Notes: generated by a model from the letters alone, not told the origin. DNA of 64,000 nucleotides from an uncultured Methanosarcinales archaeon (GCA_964550175.1 CAZJXP010000001.1:706774-770773), one strand, 5' to 3'; counted from the stretch's first letter, positions 27,625 through 37,152 are shown. Numbers and translations: made by a program.

Positions 27625-29336
27625 ACAGGATGACAGGAACACTAGCCCCATTAGTCAAGCACAGAGAATATTCTGAGCCTGAAAAGGTTGTGCTGAATCA
27701 TTTTTTCACTAACACGGACAAAAACATCTATTGCCCAACCGAGCATATGCCCTCTCCTGTCTGGACATTCCTTGTCGGCCAATACAGCAGAACGCCAGTT
27801 TCAATGCGCGAGCGCTTCATCGACATCTTTGACATGATGAAATCGCGCTCGGAGAAAGGAGATTGGCCAAAGAATGAAACCGTGACCGTCGAGCAGGCTG
27901 CCGACGCCATCGGCGCAGGCAAGCACGTTCCGCTCTCGTTCTTTTTTAAGACCGCGGAGAATTTCCTCGCGAAATGGGGCGTGCAGTACGGCCACAACTC
28001 GCTCAAGGACGCAGATATCGTGCGTGTCGCAATTGAAGGAGTGACGCAGACAGCGACTAACTTCATTGAGATGCCTGACCCTGAATTGGGCGCATACCAG
28101 GAAAAATCAACCAGATACATTCCATTCAGCAAGGATGACGTTGTCATTCCGCCGAGATTGGCGAACTCCCATTTTGGTCAGCGCATCAAGGCGTTGAATG
28201 ACCAGCGTATGGAAACTTATGAGCGTTGGACGCCGATATTCAGGCAATGGCTCGCGGAAAACGTGGTGCTGCGAAAGGATCACAAGACTGATGCCGCGCA
28301 CAACGGCACGCTCACCGCGCGCACGTTCGACACGATGCGATACTTCCTTCCGTTGGGGCTGACGACGTCGCTTGGCGCAACATGGCCGACCAGAGTCGCG
28401 GAAATACACCTCTCTCAGATGCTCAGCCATCCGACGGAAGAGATGCAGCTTATTGGCAAAAGCATCCTTGAAGAAGGCGTCAAGATTACGCCAGGTCTTC
28501 TACGCCATGTTAAGCCGAACGAATATTTCGGGGAAACGACGGCATCTATGAGTGAGTTGACGAGAAGCATTATAGATGCACAGCCCACCAAATATCATCG
28601 TGGCGACAGCACACTCAAGCATGCGACACTCGTCCATGCAACGCCAGGACTTGAAGACTTGCTGATTACCGGCATGCTTTATGAGTTTACGGCCAACCGT
28701 TCGTTCGCAGAACTGCAGGGCACGATTAAGGGGTTCAGCGATGCGCAGAAAGACGCCATCTTTGATGAATATCTCCGTCGACGCGGACCTCACGACCTGA
28801 TGATGCGTGGCGTAAAGCTCGGCCAGTTCACATTTGATTATTTCATTGACCACGGTGCGGCGCGGGATGTAAAACGTCAGCGCGTAGGTACGATGCTACA
28901 CCAACGTATCGGCGCGGATGAAGGGTATTCTTACCCTGAGTTCATGGAGCACGAACCTGACCTTGCTCAACTGAAAGCAGATTATGAAAAGCTGATGGAG
29001 ACCACAAGCGAACTTTACCGCGAAGTCGATCGGGATTTCCCGAATGATTCCTGCTATATTCCATCGATGGGACACCTCGGGCGCTGGCTTCATGAACATC
29101 ATGCAAGGCAAGGATCTTATGAGATCGAGCTCAGAACCCCGAGCGCCGGTCACTTTTCGTATCGACGCCTTTACCAAGAGGAATTCCGAGAAATTGAAAA
29201 AATCGCGCCGCGGTTCGCAAAATACATCCGCGCAGTGATGGGCCAAACGTCCAGCGGACGAGCGGAAGCAGAAGAGCGTGCCGCAGCGAAAGCGGCTAAG
29301 GCACTGGAAGAAGACCGAAAGAGGGCCGCACAATGA
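27621..29336 (+). CDS. hypothetical 571-aa protein in the thymidylate-synthase position of the operon (at best a very divergent ThyX-like)
   Basis: 4-nt overlaps with dcd upstream and tmk downstream. Only weak ThyX-like fragments ('YQEKSTRY'; 'TSLGATWPTRVAEIHLSQ'). The canonical RHR is absent. No ThyA 'PCH'. Confidence 0.5.
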   Translation: MNRMTGTLAPLVKHREYSEPEKVVLNHFFTNTDKNIYCPTEHMPSPVWTFLVGQYSRTPVSMRERFIDIFDMMKSRSEKGDWPKNETVTVEQAADAIGAGKHVPLSFFFKTAENFLAKWGVQYGHNSLKDADIVRVAIEGVTQTATNFIEMPDPELGAYQEKSTRYIPFSKDDVVIPPRLANSHFGQRIKALNDQRMETYERWTPIFRQWLAENVVLRKDHKTDAAHNGTLTARTFDTMRYFLPLGLTTSLGATWPTRVAEIHLSQMLSHPTEEMQLIGKSILEEGVKITPGLLRHVKPNEYFGETTASMSELTRSIIDAQPTKYHRGDSTLKHATLVHATPGLEDLLITGMLYEFTANRSFAELQGTIKGFSDAQKDAIFDEYLRRRGPHDLMMRGVKLGQFTFDYFIDHGAARDVKRQRVGTMLHQRIGADEGYSYPEFMEHEPDLAQLKADYEKLMETTSELYREVDRDFPNDSCYIPSMGHLGRWLHEHHARQGSYEIELRTPSAGHFSYRRLYQEEFREIEKIAPRFAKYIRAVMGQTSSGRAEAEERAAAKAAKALEEDRKRAAQ

Positions 29337-29965
29337 GCGACGGACTGTTTGTTGTATTAGAAGGCATTGACGGCTGCGGCAAGGGCACGCAGATGAAACG
29401 TTTGGCGAACAAACTATTCGACATGAACAAGCGTCATCATGTCGTCATGACGCGAGAACCAGGACGAAGCGATTACGGTATCGAAATCAGGAAAATATTG
29501 GCGGAAACAAACGATCCTTACCAACAAGGCGTTCGGCTTGCGCAACTATTTGTTGATGACCGGCGCAGGCATGTTGAAGGAATTATTTTGCCAACACTCG
29601 CCTACGGCGGAATCGCTTTGTCCGACCGTTATAAACATTCCACGTTGACATTTCAACACGCGCAAGGCATTCCCATGGATGAACTGTTGGCAATGCATGA
29701 AGGGCTCCCCGTCCCTGACCTCACCGTGATACTTGATGTTCCTTCTGAGGTTGGAATGGCGCGAATCGGAAAGGATACGAGCCGCGAAAAGCCAGAGTCA
29801 TTTGAGAAATTGGAATTTCAGGAAAAGCTTCGTTGGTTTTATCGCGGATTGTGTCTTACGCTTAAAGATGAGACCATTAAAATTATTGACGCAAATCGCA
29901 AACCAGAAGAGATTGAAATTGATGTCTTGAATGCAGTTATGCCTTATTTAGAAAAGGTAAAATAA
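29333..29965 (+). CDS. tmk: thymidylate kinase
   Basis: 'VVLEGIDGCGKGTQ' P-loop, DRY-like 'SDRY', lid region. Confidence 0.85.
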   Translation: MSDGLFVVLEGIDGCGKGTQMKRLANKLFDMNKRHHVVMTREPGRSDYGIEIRKILAETNDPYQQGVRLAQLFVDDRRRHVEGIILPTLAYGGIALSDRYKHSTLTFQHAQGIPMDELLAMHEGLPVPDLTVILDVPSEVGMARIGKDTSREKPESFEKLEFQEKLRWFYRGLCLTLKDETIKIIDANRKPEEIEIDVLNAVMPYLEKVK

Positions 29966-30148
29966 TCACTCGGCCTTGACTTCATCTTCGTCAAAGCCCA
30001 TGAGCGTTTTGTTCTTCTTGATTGCGGCGTACGAAATAATGCTCTTTCTGATATCCACTTCAGCACCTCTTTTTCCCGCGCTCGCGAGAGTTTGATTGAG
30101 CGCGATTTCGTATTTAAACACTATGACGCTTTGAAGTAGAGTTTGCAT
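29966..30148 (-). CDS. hypothetical small protein
   Basis: ORF only. Confidence 0.2.
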   Translation of the reverse strand: MQTLLQSVIVFKYEIALNQTLASAGKRGAEVDIRKSIISYAAIKKNKTLMGFDEDEVKAE

Positions 30149-30243
30149 CTGTCATATCAGTTGTTGCGCGGGAGTGAAGAACTTGTTTGTCGACGGAAAA
30201 ACGCGAGTGTCACGGAAGAAATGGCGTTGAGTGACGCGCTTGA

Positions 30244-30753
30244 TTACTTCAACGGCTTGTCCATTTCCATCAATGTCTGGAACGAGTTCGACAACAATTT
30301 TCCGTCCTTCGCGTCGAACTTGAGGTTCAACGTTTTCATGGACTGGAAAAAGAATGTGACGTTGTAGACCGTTTCCGCGTTTATCTGCTGGATGATGAAG
30401 AACTGTTTTAACACTAATTCGCGCGGATGGTGCAGCTGGTGGTATTCGCGTGACTGCTTGAGAATTTGTTCGCTTTCAATTTTGATGTGCTTCACTTCGA
30501 GCGGTTCGATCGCGTTCGGGCTTCTCAGAATTTCCTGATTCGGGATGACCTCGACATGGAGCGCGGAAACGATGAACGTCGTGATGTTCTCCTTTTCCGC
30601 ATCGTAATAGCCGAGCTGCCAGGTGTCTTGATTTGCTTCGTCAAGCAGCTTGAACGCGTGCGCCAAGAACGGCTTCGGATTTTCCTTGCGCCAAACTTTG
30701 AATTCCTTGCTCGTGTCGAGTTGTTTGGCGATATCGGCGAATTCCATGGTCAT
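30244..30753 (-). CDS. hypothetical protein
   Basis: ORF with coherent codon usage. No motif. Confidence 0.4.
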   Translation of the reverse strand: MTMEFADIAKQLDTSKEFKVWRKENPKPFLAHAFKLLDEANQDTWQLGYYDAEKENITTFIVSALHVEVIPNQEILRSPNAIEPLEVKHIKIESEQILKQSREYHQLHHPRELVLKQFFIIQQINAETVYNVTFFFQSMKTLNLKFDAKDGKLLSNSFQTLMEMDKPLK

Positions 30754-30806
30754 TTGTCGAGAAGAGGGCTATAAAAGGTTTGCTGTGCAATTGTTCGTGA
30801 GTCGTG

Positions 30807-30897
30807 AACTTTTTACCGGCGAATTTTGTCGTACCGCGATTGTACTTAGAATTGATACGCTAACGACTAAACAAAACGTGGCGGTAAAAAGGTTGCC
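30807..30897. repeat. MITE-like repeat, copy H
   Basis: 'ctttttaccggcg...cgactaaacaaaacgtggcggtaaaaagg'. Confidence 0.5.
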
Positions 30898-30911
30898 GGA
30901 ATTAGCAAAGA

Positions 30912-32771
30912 TTACTTTTTCTCGTACACAAACGCCCCATCCCAGTCCTTGGCTGGCGGATGCTTCAAGTAGAGTTCGCAGCGTTCGATGAACAACGCGC
31001 AGGACGGGTCGTTCGGTCGGATCTTTGCAGTTTCTTTGAATCCCTTGAGCGCGTCGTGGAACTTTGCCTTGAAATACAGCTCCAACGCCTTTTCGAACGA
31101 CGTGACGAACGCTTGGTCCTGGTCGACGCATAAATGATAGAGTAAAACAGGAACCTTTTTTCCCTTCACTTTCACGGCGTCGAGCTTGCGGCATAAATAT
31201 TTGCCTTTGATGTGCTCGTACGTGCTTTCCGAGATGAGGATGCTGACGCCGTACTCTTTGGTGAGCCCTTCCATGCGCGAGGCAAGGTTGACCGTGTCGC
31301 CGATGGCCGTATAGTCAAACCGTTCTTCCGAGCCCATGTTACCGACTACGGCCGGGCCGGTGTGGATGCCGATGCCGATGTTCAACGACGGGACGTTGCG
31401 CTGCTTCCAATTGGCTTGCAATTCGCGAAGCGCTTTGATTTGCTCGACGGCTGTGTCACAGGCCTTCACCGCGTGGGCATCATCAAGTAAGGGGGCGTTC
31501 CACAACGCCATGATGGCGTCCCCGATGAACTTGTCAACAGTTCCTTGGTGCTTGAGCACGATGCGCGTCATCGTGGTGAGATATTCATTCAAGAGATGGA
31601 CCAATTCTTCCGGCGAGAGCTTTTCGCTGATGCTGGTGAAGTCGCGTATGTCCGAGAACATGACCGTGAGGATTCTTTTTTCGCCACCGAGCGTCAACTG
31701 CTGGTTTTTTGAAAGTATTTCATCCAACAGTTCTTTGCTCACATATTTCGAGAACGCGTCGCGCAAATACGCCCCTTTCGTTTTTTCCTCTGTGTACGCC
31801 ACGCTCACGCCTGCGCCGGTGAAGACGGCGAACGCCAACGGGGCGAAAAACAGGTCGATAAGGAGGTTGAACTGGTTGAACGAGATGATGGCGACAATTG
31901 CGTAAACGACAAGCAACCCGATTGCCAACGGGATGGCGTAATAATACTTCAGGCGCGCGATGAGAAACATGCCAGCAAGCGCGGCGAGGATGACGCCGAG
32001 CATTACAATCAGTTTGTCCGGCGCGCGCAAGAAATCATTGTTGATGATGTTTTGGAGTATGTTTGCGTGAATCTCGACGCCGGGCATAGCTTTTCCGTCC
32101 GACGTCGGCACAAAATAGTCGTCGTGCAAGTTCGGGGCCGTCGCGCCGATCAGGACAATCTTGTTCGCGAAACTGAGATTTTTTGCGAGCACGTCGTTGA
32201 CGCTGACGGTTTTGAACGAATGAGGGGCATCCGCGAAGTTGATGAGCAACGTTTCTTTTTCGGTCGGAGTGGCGTAACCAGCCTGTTCCGCGATGGCGAA
32301 TGAGAACGGCTTCATATCATTCGCGATGCTCGGGTTTACTCGGCGCGTTATCCCGTCAGCGTCCCCGAGAAGGTTCACATAGCCCGTGATTGACGGGAAT
32401 ATCGGCAAATACGTCACTCCTTGCTGGATTTCGGACGCTAACACGACGTTATCCATCGACTGTAACGTCGTATTCAAGAGAACATCATTCGGGCTCGGCT
32501 CAAAAAAAGAAACATCAATGCCGATTACTTTCGCGTCATTCAGTTTCTCGAGAAGATTCGCGTGGACGTCGCGGCTCCAAGGCCAGTGGCCGATTGAGTT
32601 GATGCTCGCGTCATCGATTGCGACGATGACGATGCTGTCAAGAACCGCGTTACCGCCGTACAGCTTGTCCGTGAGCGTGCCCCGCACGTGGCTGAACGAA
32701 TCAACCTGCACGAGCAGCAGCGCAAGCGCGAGCAGCCCGAGGAAAATCCCTAGCTTGCCAACTTTAGCCAT
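30912..32771 (-). CDS. CHASE2 sensor – class III adenylyl cyclase – TPR protein
   Basis: Signal/TM + periplasmic CHASE2 + 3 TM; cyclase motifs 'FSDIRDFT', 'DKFIGDAIMALW', 'IGIHTGPAVVGNMG', 'NLASRME'; C-terminal TPR-like helices. Confidence 0.85.
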   Translation of the reverse strand: MAKVGKLGIFLGLLALALLLVQVDSFSHVRGTLTDKLYGGNAVLDSIVIVAIDDASINSIGHWPWSRDVHANLLEKLNDAKVIGIDVSFFEPSPNDVLLNTTLQSMDNVVLASEIQQGVTYLPIFPSITGYVNLLGDADGITRRVNPSIANDMKPFSFAIAEQAGYATPTEKETLLINFADAPHSFKTVSVNDVLAKNLSFANKIVLIGATAPNLHDDYFVPTSDGKAMPGVEIHANILQNIINNDFLRAPDKLIVMLGVILAALAGMFLIARLKYYYAIPLAIGLLVVYAIVAIISFNQFNLLIDLFFAPLAFAVFTGAGVSVAYTEEKTKGAYLRDAFSKYVSKELLDEILSKNQQLTLGGEKRILTVMFSDIRDFTSISEKLSPEELVHLLNEYLTTMTRIVLKHQGTVDKFIGDAIMALWNAPLLDDAHAVKACDTAVEQIKALRELQANWKQRNVPSLNIGIGIHTGPAVVGNMGSEERFDYTAIGDTVNLASRMEGLTKEYGVSILISESTYEHIKGKYLCRKLDAVKVKGKKVPVLLYHLCVDQDQAFVTSFEKALELYFKAKFHDALKGFKETAKIRPNDPSCALFIERCELYLKHPPAKDWDGAFVYEKK

Positions 32772-33567
32772 ACGCCGACAGTTTTTGGATTTCCTTCGTT
32801 ATGTCCGCGATTTTGTTCAACGAATCGAACTGCATCGGAGACTTTGCCACGGCGTCGTCAATGTCGATTTCGCCGCGGTCGGCTTCCTCGAACTTCTGCG
32901 CGATTTCCGCGTCGTCCAGCCCATAGGTTGATTTTGCCAAGCTCACGAGAGTCGGATGTTTGTCTAATTCTTGCTGGCGTAAGAACCTCAAGGTTTGAAT
33001 GGTTTGCGCAACATGTTCTTTCACGGACGCAAGCTCTTCTGCCGTCGCGTCTCGTTCCATGCCGGCTTCCACGACTCGGCCGGCGTTGACGATGAACGTC
33101 ATTCCATCAGCATCATACGACACGCTTCCTTCGCCGGTGAGCATGAACCCTTCCGCGAATTCGAAGCCAGTTCCACGGACACTGGCGACGTTGTTGCCTT
33201 CCTTGATGGAGTAAGATTCAACGCCCAACAATTTGGTGAACGTGTTCCAGGTGCGGCCCGATTGTTGCGAAACGACTGGGTGCTCCTTGACTAATGAGTC
33301 GAGCGTGACTTGGCTGTTTTGCTCAAGATTGAGAATGACGCTTTCATATAGGATGACTGAGGCGTGGCCGTCTCCGGTCGCGATGACGTCGCCTTCGGAT
33401 AGCTTCGTGTTGCCTGAAACCGGGTTTCCGTTTACGCTAACCGCGCCGTCGTCCACGACAAGCTGCGCCTTAACGGTCGAAGAACCGGTCGCGATTAAGT
33501 ACGCCGAACCAAGCCCAACAACAAGCACCAGAATGACAATTCCAACGATCAACAATCCTTTCTTCAT
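32764..33567 (-). CDS. FecR-domain membrane-anchored protein
   Basis: N-terminal TM; 'GDVIATGDGHASVILYESVILNLEQNSQVTL' FecR beta-fold; overlaps the cyclase start. Confidence 0.65.
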   Translation of the reverse strand: MKKGLLIVGIVILVLVVGLGSAYLIATGSSTVKAQLVVDDGAVSVNGNPVSGNTKLSEGDVIATGDGHASVILYESVILNLEQNSQVTLDSLVKEHPVVSQQSGRTWNTFTKLLGVESYSIKEGNNVASVRGTGFEFAEGFMLTGEGSVSYDADGMTFIVNAGRVVEAGMERDATAEELASVKEHVAQTIQTLRFLRQQELDKHPTLVSLAKSTYGLDDAEIAQKFEEADRGEIDIDDAVAKSPMQFDSLNKIADITKEIQKLSAYG

Positions 33568-33629
33568 GTCAACACCCCGAGCATTTTCAGGCGCATACCT
33601 TTATAAAGCTTATCTTCGTAAATAAGCCT

Positions 33630-34211
33630 ATGCGAGTGAAGTTCCAACAGCGGTGCGTCAGGTGCAGAAAGAACCTCGTGCCGATGCATTCCGGCAGGCA
33701 ATTTCCCATCTGTTCCCAGTGCCAGATGAAGGAGATCAACCAGCCTATTGAAAGCAAGAAGATGGCGAAATTCTTTGACATTCCATTGACACTTTACGAA
33801 CAATCCTCGTTTTTACGCAGCATCAAGTCACAATATCTTAGATTCGGCAGTCTTACCACGGCACAACGCTCAACATTCATCAAAGTCGTGAAGGAATTGA
33901 AGGACCCGAAGCTGCAAGCCGAGCGAGCCGCCAAGCTGGCGAAGAGCAAGGAAATGCAGCTCTCCTCAAATGATGATTCTTCAAGCTCGGTGTTATTGGT
34001 CAATGCCATCAAGAATCTGCTTGAGAAAGACACGCCGACCAAGCGACGGGCGCTTCTTACCCTCCTGTCCGAATATCAACGTCAACCGATCACATCAGAG
34101 AAGTTGTTGCTCGCGGTGCACGCCCTCGCGTCGAAATCGCGCGGCCGGCCCAAGCTCCTGCTCATGACGCCTGACGAGATCAGGTACGTGTTGGCGGGAC
34201 TTGAAGTATGA
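33630..34211 (+). CDS. hypothetical protein with N-terminal zinc ribbon
   Basis: 'CVRCRK...CSQC'. Confidence 0.45.
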   Translation: MRVKFQQRCVRCRKNLVPMHSGRQFPICSQCQMKEINQPIESKKMAKFFDIPLTLYEQSSFLRSIKSQYLRFGSLTTAQRSTFIKVVKELKDPKLQAERAAKLAKSKEMQLSSNDDSSSSVLLVNAIKNLLEKDTPTKRRALLTLLSEYQRQPITSEKLLLAVHALASKSRGRPKLLLMTPDEIRYVLAGLEV

Positions 34212-34687
34212 AGGAAAAGCACGTCGGTTACTTCGAGGGAATTCTGCAGCTCCGAGACATCGACCAGACTATCTATGATTGGGTTTTCGACACGATTGAG
34301 CGCGACGGAAAAGCCAGAGTCGCGAAAGAAGAGATTCTTTCTAACGGGTATGACCTTTACTTATCTGACCAACATTATCTTCAGGCGCTTGGGCGCAAAT
34401 TGAAGGAAAAGTTTCCTGGCGAACTCGTGGTGAGCATGCGATTGCACTCCAAGGAGCACATGACGCAGAAGGCGCTGTACCGCGTCACGGTCTTGTTCCG
34501 GGCGTTGCCATTGCACGTTGGCACCATACTGAAAATAGCCGACAGTGAATTCAAGGTGCTGTTCGTTGACAAGAAAGTGCAGATTCAGGATTTGAAATCA
34601 GGGAAGAAATCAACGATGACGCTTGAGCAAGCCGCAAAATACGCCAAATTGAATCCGGATTACGAACCCCCTACTTCAGAACGATAA
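34208..34687 (+). CDS. hypothetical protein (possible distant NMD3-like OB domain)
   Basis: Overlaps the upstream stop; 'GYFEGILQLRDID' segment. Confidence 0.4.
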   Translation: MKEKHVGYFEGILQLRDIDQTIYDWVFDTIERDGKARVAKEEILSNGYDLYLSDQHYLQALGRKLKEKFPGELVVSMRLHSKEHMTQKALYRVTVLFRALPLHVGTILKIADSEFKVLFVDKKVQIQDLKSGKKSTMTLEQAAKYAKLNPDYEPPTSER

Positions 34688-35357
34688 CGTTGCCGCGGCC
34701 TTTCTTGATTTTCTCAATCAATCCTTTGTGCTCAAGTTCAGTGATGATGAGGGAGACTTTCGCCTCGCCCAACGGGGTTTTTTTCCGAATATCTTTCTGC
34801 GTCGTTCGTCCGCCTTGCTCTTTGATTATGTCGAGCACGTGCTTGGCATCGTCTTGCTTTGAACTCGTTTCTTTAGCCGAGTCTCCACCCTGATGTTTCT
34901 TTTTCTTTTCTCGCAGGAAAAACCATAGCAACGCAATCACTAGAGCTGCGCCGATGCCTACGCGAAGCCAGGTCGTGCCGTTGTCAAAAGTCTCGAGTTC
35001 GTCTATCTCGATCTGGTCCGTTTCATTGAGCAGCTCGCTCTGGTCATCGAATTCAGGAAACAGAATGAGGTCAAGCACATAATCATTGTCATCCGTTACT
35101 TGAATGGATTCGCTGGCACTCGCCTCGACCGTTCCGTTTTTGATCAGCTTCGCGGTAAGCGCATACGTTCCCGTAGGGGCGTTAAATGAGAATGTGCCGT
35201 CAAGCGCGATGAATACTTGTTTCGGGCTGGTTAATTCCACTTTGACGTTCTTGACCGGGTTCAAGTCAAGATTATAGACCGTGCCATGAATGGTCGCGGC
35301 TGAGACAATCGACACGTTCAGCAGAAGAATCAATAACAAGACGAAACCGCGGTTCAT
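34671..35357 (-). CDS. membrane-anchored winged-helix regulator with extracellular CarboxypepD_reg-like domain
   Basis: Signal peptide + 'IHGTVYNLDLNPVKNVKVEL'; TM 'LRVGIGAALVIALLWFFL'; C-terminal 'GRTTQKDIRKKTPLGEAKVSLIITELEHKGLIE' wHTH. Confidence 0.55.
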   Translation of the reverse strand: MNRGFVLLLILLLNVSIVSAATIHGTVYNLDLNPVKNVKVELTSPKQVFIALDGTFSFNAPTGTYALTAKLIKNGTVEASASESIQVTDDNDYVLDLILFPEFDDQSELLNETDQIEIDELETFDNGTTWLRVGIGAALVIALLWFFLREKKKKHQGGDSAKETSSKQDDAKHVLDIIKEQGGRTTQKDIRKKTPLGEAKVSLIITELEHKGLIEKIKKGRGNVIVLK

Positions 35358-35550
35358 ACAGGACCTGAATTATTATGAGTATAAATAGCTTCCTTCCCGC
35401 GTAAACTGGCGCAATAAAGCCTCGTAAAGGGTTCTAGAAAGCTTCCTGGAAAGTGTGTTTATAAAGTAATCCCGCGTAAATGAGAGTTAGGCGATGCAAG
35501 CATCGTCAATCAAGCTAAAACAATACGGGCGCAAGCCCGGAGGCAACACA

Positions 35551-36726
35551 ATGGATTTCAAGAAATGGACCACGATGTTCGTGTTGTCGCTGTTCATCGT
35601 CAGCGTCGTTCCCGCGGTATTTGCGGATGAAGGCTCTGATGATGCTACTGACGACACGGATGCAGAAGATATAGCGGAAGATACCGCGGATGATGCTGCG
35701 GATGCCGCAGAAGACGCCGCAGATGACGAAGCCGATACGGCAAAAGACCGTATGAAGGCACGCGCAGACCTGTTGAAGGACCGCGCGGACAGATTGAAGG
35801 ATGCGCGAGAAAAGATAGAAGCTTCGCGAGAAAAGGCGCGAGAGACTCGAGGAAAGATCCTGGAAGCTCGACGCGAGTTCAAGGACGCGCGCGAGCGATT
35901 GCACAGCCGAGACGCGACCAAGGAAGATAAGCAGGAATTCTTGCTTTCATCCGCGGACAAGATCTTGGAATTGCTTAACAATATCCGCGATCGAGTGGAC
36001 GCATCGGACCTTGAAGACAAGGACGAGAAGCTCGCGAGCATCGATGAAGCGATCGTTGTGGTCACGGAAGCGCAGGCGACCGTTGAAGCATTAGATATGG
36101 AGACTGCGACCTCGGAAGAGATCAAGGCAGCCCGTGACGAAGTCAAGGACGCCTGGGACAAGGCGCGCAAGGTCTTGAAGACCAGCGCAGGCCATGTTGT
36201 CGCGAAGCGTGTCGGCTTGATTGTCGAACGTATGGACCACTTGGATGACAAGCTGGACAAAATCATCGCGCACTTGAGCGAGAAGGGATATGATGTCAGC
36301 GTTGCAGAATCTCTGACGGCGGACTTCGAGGCAAAGCTCGAATCAGCCGAAGCAAACTGGGAAACCGCAAAGACAGCATATGATGCTGGCGATGCAAAGG
36401 CAGGTCACGACGCACTTGTTTTGGCGCACGCCGACCTCAAGGAAGCCCACAGGCTGTTGAAGGAAATCGTCAAGAGCATCCGAAGCACGACCAAGACGGG
36501 CGCGCTTGAGGACGCGGAATCGGCGACCGAAGACGAAACCGAAGACGAAACTTCCGAAGACGTCGATGATGACGCAGCCGATGACTCGGATGAAGCCGAA
36601 GAAGCGGATGATGATGCGGATGATGAATCCGAAGACACCGTCACTGCGGATGTCAGCACAACGACTGAGACCACTATCATTGACACAACGGCAACGACCG
36701 ATGTCGATGTTGGCGTGACAGTGTAA
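35551..36726 (+). CDS. secreted acidic coiled-coil protein
   Basis: Signal peptide; D/E/A low-complexity termini; heptad-rich middle. An alternative start at 35494 is possible. Confidence 0.5.
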   Translation: MDFKKWTTMFVLSLFIVSVVPAVFADEGSDDATDDTDAEDIAEDTADDAADAAEDAADDEADTAKDRMKARADLLKDRADRLKDAREKIEASREKARETRGKILEARREFKDARERLHSRDATKEDKQEFLLSSADKILELLNNIRDRVDASDLEDKDEKLASIDEAIVVVTEAQATVEALDMETATSEEIKAARDEVKDAWDKARKVLKTSAGHVVAKRVGLIVERMDHLDDKLDKIIAHLSEKGYDVSVAESLTADFEAKLESAEANWETAKTAYDAGDAKAGHDALVLAHADLKEAHRLLKEIVKSIRSTTKTGALEDAESATEDETEDETSEDVDDDAADDSDEAEEADDDADDESEDTVTADVSTTTETTIIDTTATTDVDVGVTV

Positions 36727-36758
36727 GCTTTATAAAGCTGAACACCGGAGCAACAACT

Positions 36759-36962
36759 ATGAAATGGCTCATCGTAAGTGTCCTCATCGCGCTCGTCGCG
36801 CTTGCGGGCTGCGGACAGAAGGCTGTCCCTGCGGCAACCACTCAGTCAACTGAGTCGCAAGTGTCGGGCTTCGAGCAGGACATCGCGGACGTCGATACCC
36901 TCGACAAGGACTTGGACACCAGCGAATTGGATTCGTTGGATCAGGATCTGGCAACAGTTTAA
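36759..36962 (+). CDS. small acidic lipoprotein
   Basis: Lipobox 'LALAGC'. Confidence 0.5.
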   Translation: MKWLIVSVLIALVALAGCGQKAVPAATTQSTESQVSGFEQDIADVDTLDKDLDTSELDSLDQDLATV

Positions 36963-37010
36963 TTTTTTTTATTTTTTAAATTTTTATAAAATTTAATTAA
37001 ATTCCTTCTT
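36963..37010 (+). terminator. T-rich terminator
   Basis: 'taatttttttttattttttaaattttt'. Confidence 0.45.
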
Positions 37011-37039
37011 GTTTCGCTTCGAGAAACAAATGATATCTG

Positions 37040-37122
37040 TTTCCTTCGGAAACAGGAATAAAACACAATCAGAACGTTCTACGTTCTGATGTGCATGAGA
37101 ACTTATAGTTCTCATTGCATTC
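37040..37122 (+). other. array of three perfect stem-loops upstream of rtcA
   Basis: 'ctgtttcc-ttcg-ggaaacag'; 'cagaacg-ttcta-cgttctg'; 'atgagaact-tat-agttctcat'. Confidence 0.4.
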
Positions 37123-37152
37123 TCTCAGCTCAACAATGAAGGAACCACTCAC

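Noticed and set aside
27621-29336. Confident call of the 571-aa protein as ThyX
   Set aside because: The essential RHR motif and the Ser-containing 'RHRxxxxxxS' context are absent. Only an 'EKSTRY' fragment resembles ThyX, so it is kept as hypothetical with a hypothesis attached.
33630-34687. Calling the two overlapping ORFs a split NMD3 homolog
   Set aside because: Only one CxxC...CxxC ribbon and a vague 'FEGILQLR' similarity are present. This is insufficient, so it is left as a low-confidence note.
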